In this document: positions 58,459 to 64,000 of the stretch, in pieces
Layout of the letters: the number at the start of each line of letters is the position of its first letter
Numbering within the stretch: the first letter of the stretch is position 1
Source: Tetramitus jugosus
Taxonomy: Eukaryota; Protista; Heterolobosea
Length of the DNA: 64,000 nucleotides
Direction of reading: 5' to 3'
NCBI GenBank assembly: GCA_937625935.1
Contig: OW569373.1
Location: 372,001-436,000 of the forward strand
The notes under the pieces: model-generated
The model's input: only the letters and a program-made list of their open reading frames with translations
What the model was told of the DNA's origin: nothing
The model's database searches: none
Made by a program: the position numbers and the translations under genes

Positions 58459-58532
58459 GCGGTTGTAGATCAGTTGGTTAGATCGTGAGCTTAACACGCT
58501 CAAGGTCGCCGGTTCGATCCCGGTCAATCGTA
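58459..58532 (+). tRNA. tRNA-Val(AAC)
   Basis: Acceptor GCGGTTG/CAATCGT, D arm GATC/GATC, anticodon arm TGAGC-TTAACAC-GCTCA, T arm GCCGG-TTCGATC-CCGGT; TTTTT Pol III terminator just downstream. Confidence 0.93.
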
Positions 58533-59339
58533 GCTTTTTCCTTGATGGGAACACTCCTCCAAAAAAGTTTTCAGTTTTTGTAATAATGCAAGGAATCTTT
58601 GTTCCAACTTCACAATTTTCTTGTTCTGTTCATCGATGAATCGCCTCCAAAATGGCATCCAATTTCATTTCAAGATCAGAATTCGACGGACCAAATCCCG
58701 TTAATCCAAATGAGTAGTTCTGAATATCAGACAACACACTGTCGTGTAAAACTGATCTCAGACTTGTTCCTTTTCGCAGCGTATTCTTCTTTCGGTTCTT
58801 CTGCTTCCTTTCTTTCTTTTCTTTTCTGTAATGCACTATCGGGAATGCTTGATGACTTACTGTTTTTTTGGGGTGTGTCATCTTCCTCGAGCTCATTTTC
58901 CTTTTCCTGCAATATGGGCTGCACTTTGGTGAGAAAGAGCTTCTCAAACTCAGCTTTTGAAACCTTGTCTCTTGATCCGAGTAATTTTCAGATCGAAATT
59001 TCCCTCTCAGGTTGAGCTCGCTTCGATTCCTTGAGGTTGGTGAATTTCGCTTTCTTCGCTGGACATTTTTCCCAAAGACAAGTTGCATCACAATTGATTG
59101 GCTTTTTTGGACAAACCAGCTTATGTCCAACTGAAAAATGTTTATGGCATCACCAACATCACTTTGTTCGCCATCAAAAGTATGATTATTTACTTGTTGT
59201 ATTGATGATGGACTCCGTTGTTGTTGTGTCGATGCTTGTAATACTGGAGTAGTGGATAATATGTGCTAATTATCATCCAAATGGTCACGGTGGGCACTGG
59301 TATCGAAAACTGACAGATATCAAAGGTTAGCAGTCCTGA

Positions 59340-59770
59340 TTAGTTTCTCTCCATTGAAGGACTCATCAAATTTACCGGTAGATATTATATGCACTTCTAT
59401 GTGTACTTCGTACAGAACAATCCTAACACAGAATTTTTACGACTACTGGTGAACATCAACAAAGAAGTCCACGAAAATAAGTTAACACCTCAGAAAGTTG
59501 TGAAACACTTTGGTAACCAGTTCGATGTGGCATGTCTTTGTCATAGATAACTACTATGGTAGTCTTGGTCTTGCACAAGAGATGTATGAAGAGGGCAGAT
59601 ACTTTTTGATGTCATGCAAGTCTGATCGTCCATCAGATACCTTCAAGAACTTTGGGATGCAGGGAGTGGACAAGTTTGATTATGCTGTAATTTCAAGTTA
59701 TTCAGCTGTAATCGACATCCCACCCGACGGATTATCGGCATCCTACAACTCATCAATTCGAAACAAATAG
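59340..59770 (+). mobile_element. piggyBac-like transposase relic
   Basis: FLSIEGLIKFTGRYYMHFYV (compare the piggyBac-type sIDEsmi.fkGR block, first Asp lost) and HVFVIDNYYGSLGLAQEMYEEGRYF....KSDRP (DN block); frameshifted. Confidence 0.6.
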
Positions 59771-59939
59771 ATACAAACGAAAGAAATCATTCCATCCTCT
59801 CGGGGTGCGCGAGTATGTCAAGAACAGGCATGTGATATGGACTTAACTTCCCACAGAAGTGAATTATGCAATTCTATACGAATATTCTAGACGATATCTA
59901 GTTACGATTATCACCGTTTTCGACTAAAACTAAGTCAAA

Positions 59940-60110
59940 GACACAATGAGCAATATTGTATCATCTGATAATATTCTGTAAGGGGGTGATCATAATGCAG
60001 TGGTTGTTAAAGATTATAGAACATTGGGTGGTAAATATCCGAATACGAATGTAAGTTGCAATATGAAGATTATCAACCAGGATTGTGTAAGTTCCACACC
60101 TACTTCCTGT
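59940..60110 (+). mobile_element. APE endonuclease fragment of the same non-LTR family, opposite orientation
   Basis: GGDHNAVVVKDYRTLGGKYPNTNVSCNMKIINQ../FHTYF aligns by eye with GGDHNAVVSEEDRTSKRKDPNTN...SCNMHDINQ...FHTYY at about 56740-56885. Confidence 0.7.
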
Positions 60111-60529
60111 TCCTGGAGAGTTGTAAAATATTTAGCCTTTCTAAGATGGAAATGAACAATTCATAAAAACTATTTCAGTTAGCAAAAGGTAAATCGAGGA
60201 TTGCACAGAGGGTTTATTGAAAAGGTTTTGGATCGGTGGGTCACTCATCTTTGTTTTTGTGGTTAAGAAACCTTCCGACGATGCATATGATTGCAAAATG
60301 CACCAAGGATAAGGTAAAGGGGCGGTGTGTTTCGTTGCTCCACATGCAAGGCTGGAGTATTTTTGTCGAACATACAAACTCTGGTGCGCCTTGAATGTGC
60401 CTATCGTTTTCATCATAAATTATTGGATGTGAGACACAATAGTCAGCAAATTACCTTTGAGAAAATGTGTGTTTATGAAAAAATGTGACGGACCATTTAC
60501 AATCTCCTGAATAAATTTTACTATGATAA

Positions 60530-60646
60530 TGCATCGTGATCTGGAGAAGTCATGAGAGTTGCATGTGGTGGCAACATTCAGTTCTTTATTTCGTCAGAAG
60601 CAAAATGAATCTCTAGAATTCCCGAGGAATCTACTGTGTTGTCAAT
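60530..60646 (+). pseudogene. Degraded inverted copy of the last exon of the RCC1 gene, continuing at about 63243-63285 after the transposon
   Basis: tcgtgatctggag..atgagagttgcatgtggt..caacattc..ttcgtcagaagcaaaatgaa..cgaggaat.tactg..ttgtcaat closely matches the minus strand of about 53495-53610. Confidence 0.8.
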
Positions 60647-61047
60647 AGGTCCTTTATTCGCGAGAATGCTTGTTCTTCTTTGGTCTTCCTTTTGTTGGAA
60701 TCCCCACAAAGAAATGAAAAAAAAGTATCTTATTCGCTCAACAATTTATTTTTGAAGGTTCAAAAACCACATTGCATTTTTTTTTTTTTTTTTACTATGA
60801 TGAGGATCAGAATGGTGAGGTGGAATATCAGCCACAGTGGTGAGTACTCTCTCATGACCAATATGATTGTATGACGCAAATGTACCGACTGTGCTGTGCT
60901 GGAACTAGTGAGTGACCGTAGGAGCGGGCTCTGGCACGGCTTAAATATCGACCCTTGCACTTACTCGTAGATCCAGCACAGCCGATTCACAAATGCACAT
61001 TCAATCATCCAGTGTCATCTGTACAGTGCACCACAAAAACCTCAAGG

Positions 61048-62112
61048 TCAGCAGTAATGACCCAAACCTTTTTTCCACATAAACATCCCACATGCCACAA
61101 ACACACAACCAGTCAGTAGGGCATGATTGTGTCTAAACTCTGTGCTCAGTGACCTGCATGTTTTAATAAAGCAATTCACATGTTCAACTACTATCTGCTC
61201 AGACCTTGTCACCCTCAAAAATTCACGACAACCGTCGCCGTGAATCATGTTGCTTTTCAACCCTGCAACGACATAGTCCACATTCTGGAAGCCGGGATCA
61301 CCCAAAGCAAAGTTTTGTCCTTCTTCATTGCAAATACGTTGGAACAAGCCACATCGCCTCGCACATGCCGAATCCGACAATCTTCCTGGATAATTAGTGC
61401 TAAAAGCAATGATGTTGCCATCGAAATCCACAAGCAACAACGTTTGAATCCAGTGACCATTCTTATCGTTGCGATACCATCTGTGTTGTGCAGCAGACGG
61501 TTTCTGAATCATATGTGCAGTCCCATCAATAACAAATATGATGCGCTGACTGACAGACGAAGATAAGTCACTTAGCTTTTTGTTAGGAATATATTGTATA
61601 AAGTGTTCAACCATATAAGGGATCGTTGCGTTGATACATTTGGAAACAACATATTCCGAGACGCCAAACTCGGATGATAGAATAGAATATCTCGGGTACT
61701 GGATGATCCAGTACATTGTCAATAGGATCTGGTTTTCAAAAGTGAGGCATTTGGATTCATCACTCATAATGAGTTCAAATCTTCGCATTGCTCCAACAAT
61801 CTCGTCAAACTCATTCTGAGTAATGTGGAGTAGCTGCTTGAACTGGCGATCGGAGCCAGAAGACCATCTATTGTAAACATCGTTTCCCTTGTACGACTGC
61901 CTCCTCTTGTTCTTGACCACACCGCGTCCAAGGCCATGATTTGTTTGGGATCTTCTCATGGCTGATCGCCCATAATCAATCGACTCTTCACTCAAGCATG
62001 AAAGGAGAAGTAAGATTGTTGCCGCCTTCACCTTTTTGTTGCTGTTCATTGTTTTGTTGAAGACGAGGTTGACTTCAACAAAAGCTTTGAAAACCAAACC
62101 AAGAAAAAACAT
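61048..62112 (-). CDS. Harbinger/IS5-like DDE transposase (DDE_Tnp_4-type); start may be ATG 62049
   Basis: HTH-like YSILSSEFGVSEYVVS; IDGT, YPGRLSD, LGDPGF, VVEH. No internal stops. Confidence 0.88.
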   Translation of the reverse strand: MFFLGLVFKAFVEVNLVFNKTMNSNKKVKAATILLLLSCLSEESIDYGRSAMRRSQTNHGLGRGVVKNKRRQSYKGNDVYNRWSSGSDRQFKQLLHITQNEFDEIVGAMRRFELIMSDESKCLTFENQILLTMYWIIQYPRYSILSSEFGVSEYVVSKCINATIPYMVEHFIQYIPNKKLSDLSSSVSQRIIFVIDGTAHMIQKPSAAQHRWYRNDKNGHWIQTLLLVDFDGNIIAFSTNYPGRLSDSACARRCGLFQRICNEEGQNFALGDPGFQNVDYVVAGLKSNMIHGDGCREFLRVTRSEQIVVEHVNCFIKTCRSLSTEFRHNHALLTGCVFVACGMFMWKKGLGHYC

Positions 62113-62118
62113 CTCGAC

Positions 62119-63120
62119 ATGTTCACAACCGATATCAGCGCTGCACTACTTAGTGTACGATCGACAACATCATCACAACAATCATTACCTGGTATCTCAT
62201 CATCACCACCATCAGCACCATCAAACGGTGCCAGTCAATTAGACCAGTCATCATCAAATCAGTCACAGGATTCTCGAGTATCTGATGCTCTTGGATTCCC
62301 TTCAGATGATGAGGATTTACTTGATAAGGCTATTTCTCCCGTTACACTCAGAAGTTCTAAATCTCCTCGTCAACCGGTCGTTCGGATCAATAAAAAATGG
62401 TCGCGCATTCTTTGTTCCGCATATGTCATGTGCGATCTGAAAATGGATTCGCTGTTCCGAGAAAATCGCGTTCGAACCGTCATGGCCCAAATAAAGAAGG
62501 CTATGGAGGAGAAGACAAAACAGCCTGTCGACGAAGAGACCGTGAAATTGAAGATTCAAAATCACATCTATTCAAAGAACACAGCCAGAAATGAGAAACA
62601 GGGGAACAGGTTGGGAACGAAGAAACGAAGCGCTGTCATTGCCGGATTGAATGAAGATACCTCCGAGGACGAGGTTGATATTGTGCCCGATGTGGTTCGA
62701 CCCCTGAGTGATCTTGAGCAACTGCTCGAAGATGGAGAGGATGATCATGCGTCGTCATCCGTTGACAGTGAAACAATCCGAACAGCAGATAATTTCTTGG
62801 AGTTCTCTCGACAGGAGAAATCGAACACCCAAATTAGGAATGAAGCGATCTCCGAGAAACGAGGCGAGAAAATTTCTCTGTCAAACAAGATCAGGCGCCA
62901 AGAGGAATCTCGCGACAGAATGGAAGAGATGAAGACCATGGTCATGGCTTCATGTATGAGAATTCTTGAAGGTGGTCAAGCGACCACCACAGAAGATGAA
63001 TTTTCGTCCAGGCTTTCAAGGATTGAGCAAGCCCACAAGGACACTCAAAGAGATGTTGTTGCTATCAGGCAGTTGATGGACCGCTTGTTGCAACACTTGG
63101 ATGGCGAAGAACAACAATAA
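62119..63120 (+). CDS. Second ORF of the Harbinger-group element (putative DNA-binding accessory protein with coiled coil)
   Basis: Intact 333-aa ORF inside the TIRs, divergent from the transposase; helical basic core and C-terminal coiled coil. A Myb/SANT fold is not clearly recognisable by eye. Confidence 0.65.
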   Translation: MFTTDISAALLSVRSTTSSQQSLPGISSSPPSAPSNGASQLDQSSSNQSQDSRVSDALGFPSDDEDLLDKAISPVTLRSSKSPRQPVVRINKKWSRILCSAYVMCDLKMDSLFRENRVRTVMAQIKKAMEEKTKQPVDEETVKLKIQNHIYSKNTARNEKQGNRLGTKKRSAVIAGLNEDTSEDEVDIVPDVVRPLSDLEQLLEDGEDDHASSSVDSETIRTADNFLEFSRQEKSNTQIRNEAISEKRGEKISLSNKIRRQEESRDRMEEMKTMVMASCMRILEGGQATTTEDEFSSRLSRIEQAHKDTQRDVVAIRQLMDRLLQHLDGEEQQ

Positions 63121-63187
63121 ATTGAATGGAACCTTCCACTTTATTTTACAACGAATAAGATCTGCAGAACCATCCCCAACAGCTTGG

Positions 63188-63211
63188 AAGATTTTGGGTG
63201 CCCAAAATCTT
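63188..63211. repeat. Subterminal palindrome in the transposon right end
   Basis: AAGATTTTGGG-TG-CCCAAAATCTT: 11-bp perfect arms, 2-nt loop. Confidence 0.8.
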
Positions 63212-63313
63212 GTCAAACAAAATTCAGAATAAAAGCCCTAATGGCGACATTACCATCTGTGTTGGTCCCTGGAAAATGAAGGTACTGTTCCCTGAATACT
63301 GCTGATGTATCGT

Positions 63314-63979
63314 TTACGTTTGAGATTGTTGCTCTTGTTGTTGCATTCTGTCTCGTTGTTGTTGTCTTTGTTCAGTGACTTGCTGACGTCTGATTCTGAT
63401 TCGCCGCCGTATCGTTATCTCATTCATGATAAAGTATGCTACAATGAAGCCAACCAATAAGTATAGCTGCCAGTTCTCAGAGAAACTGTATCCCCATTCA
63501 TCCAATTCTTCTTCAGTTTCATTACTGAGTTTGCTCTTGGGTTGTGTGGTTACTTGACGAATAGAATAGATGGACACCGAGGAATCTTCATACAGAACCA
63601 GCAACTTTGATGATTCACCAATGAACTGTGCATCAATCACTCTCAGCAATGTCTTTGGTGTCGTTGAAGTTGTCTGGGAAGATAGAAGACGAGACAAGAA
63701 ACCATCGGCATCTGATTTCGTTTTCACATCGAGAGAAGTTGCGTTCGGTGTAATAAATCGATGAATGATCTGATGTACGGTCCATAAGTCTCCGGCTTGA
63801 GAAATCACATATATCGAATCCAAATTCTGCATTACTAGGGCAATTAAGTTACCCTGATGATTAATGACAATTTTTGATGGCATCGAATATCTGTTCAGCT
63901 GAAGAAGTTGTTGCTTCTGTTTCTGCAATAATTCGCTCACTAACCTTTCAATGGAAGAGCTATGATCATGCGTGTACAT
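63314..63979 (-). CDS. 3' part of a membrane protein (propeller-like strands, one C-terminal TM); probably starts outside the window
   Basis: Open 221-aa frame; TM WQLYLLVGFIVAYFIM followed by an Arg/Gln-rich tail. Confidence 0.55.
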   Translation of the reverse strand: MYTHDHSSSIERLVSELLQKQKQQLLQLNRYSMPSKIVINHQGNLIALVMQNLDSIYVISQAGDLWTVHQIIHRFITPNATSLDVKTKSDADGFLSRLLSSQTTSTTPKTLLRVIDAQFIGESSKLLVLYEDSSVSIYSIRQVTTQPKSKLSNETEEELDEWGYSFSENWQLYLLVGFIVAYFIMNEITIRRRIRIRRQQVTEQRQQQRDRMQQQEQQSQT

Positions 63980-64000
63980 TCGACTATAGTAACTGCTTCT

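Larger units (their letters stand above)
60647..63239. mobile_element. Apparently full-length PIF/Harbinger-group DNA transposon (2,593 bp) with two divergent ORFs
   Basis: Left end AGGTCCTTTATTC and right end reverse complement AGGGCTTTTATTC (11/13 identical); AAT on both sides (60644-60646, 63240-63242); flanks rejoin into RCC1-like sequence. Confidence 0.85.

Overview
Gene-dense, intron-poor eukaryotic DNA in the standard code, with short GT-AG introns (mostly GTATGT/GTAAG donors, CTRAC branch sites). The 'CxG..SVCSGHGxC' EGF style, the (CAA)n-rich gene starts and the gene content suggest a heterolobosean/Discoba-like protist; this is inference. (1) 1-10508, minus strand: one stop-free reading frame of at least 3,500 codons that the ORF track missed because it runs off the window. 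It encodes a signal peptide, seven fibrinogen-related domains (FReDs) separated by EGF modules, and a long EGF stalk. The FReDs share near-identical DNA patches in a mosaic pattern. (2) 11-50 kb: a propeller-EGF-REJ-GPS-like single-pass receptor, SAPS, Crt10-like, a ~3,570-aa hybrid histidine kinase with 30 indel-free 92-aa poly-HAMP units, a small PD-(D/E)xK nuclease-like protein, DUF547, ARL13, a probable ATP synthase subunit d, tRNA-Ser, a mitochondrial carrier, an EDR1-domain kinase, an HhH-GPD glycosylase, tafazzin, a PPR protein and an SR protein. (3) 51-55 kb: an HNH-like/MYND fusion and an RCC1-repeat gene. (4) 55-63.3 kb: a transposon island around tRNA-Val. It holds tandem degraded non-LTR (APE) elements head-to-head with the tRNA, a piggyBac-like relic, and an apparently intact two-ORF PIF/Harbinger-type element (TIRs, AAT TSD) inserted in an RCC1 pseudogene fragment. 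No database searches were run; all family calls come from motif recognition.
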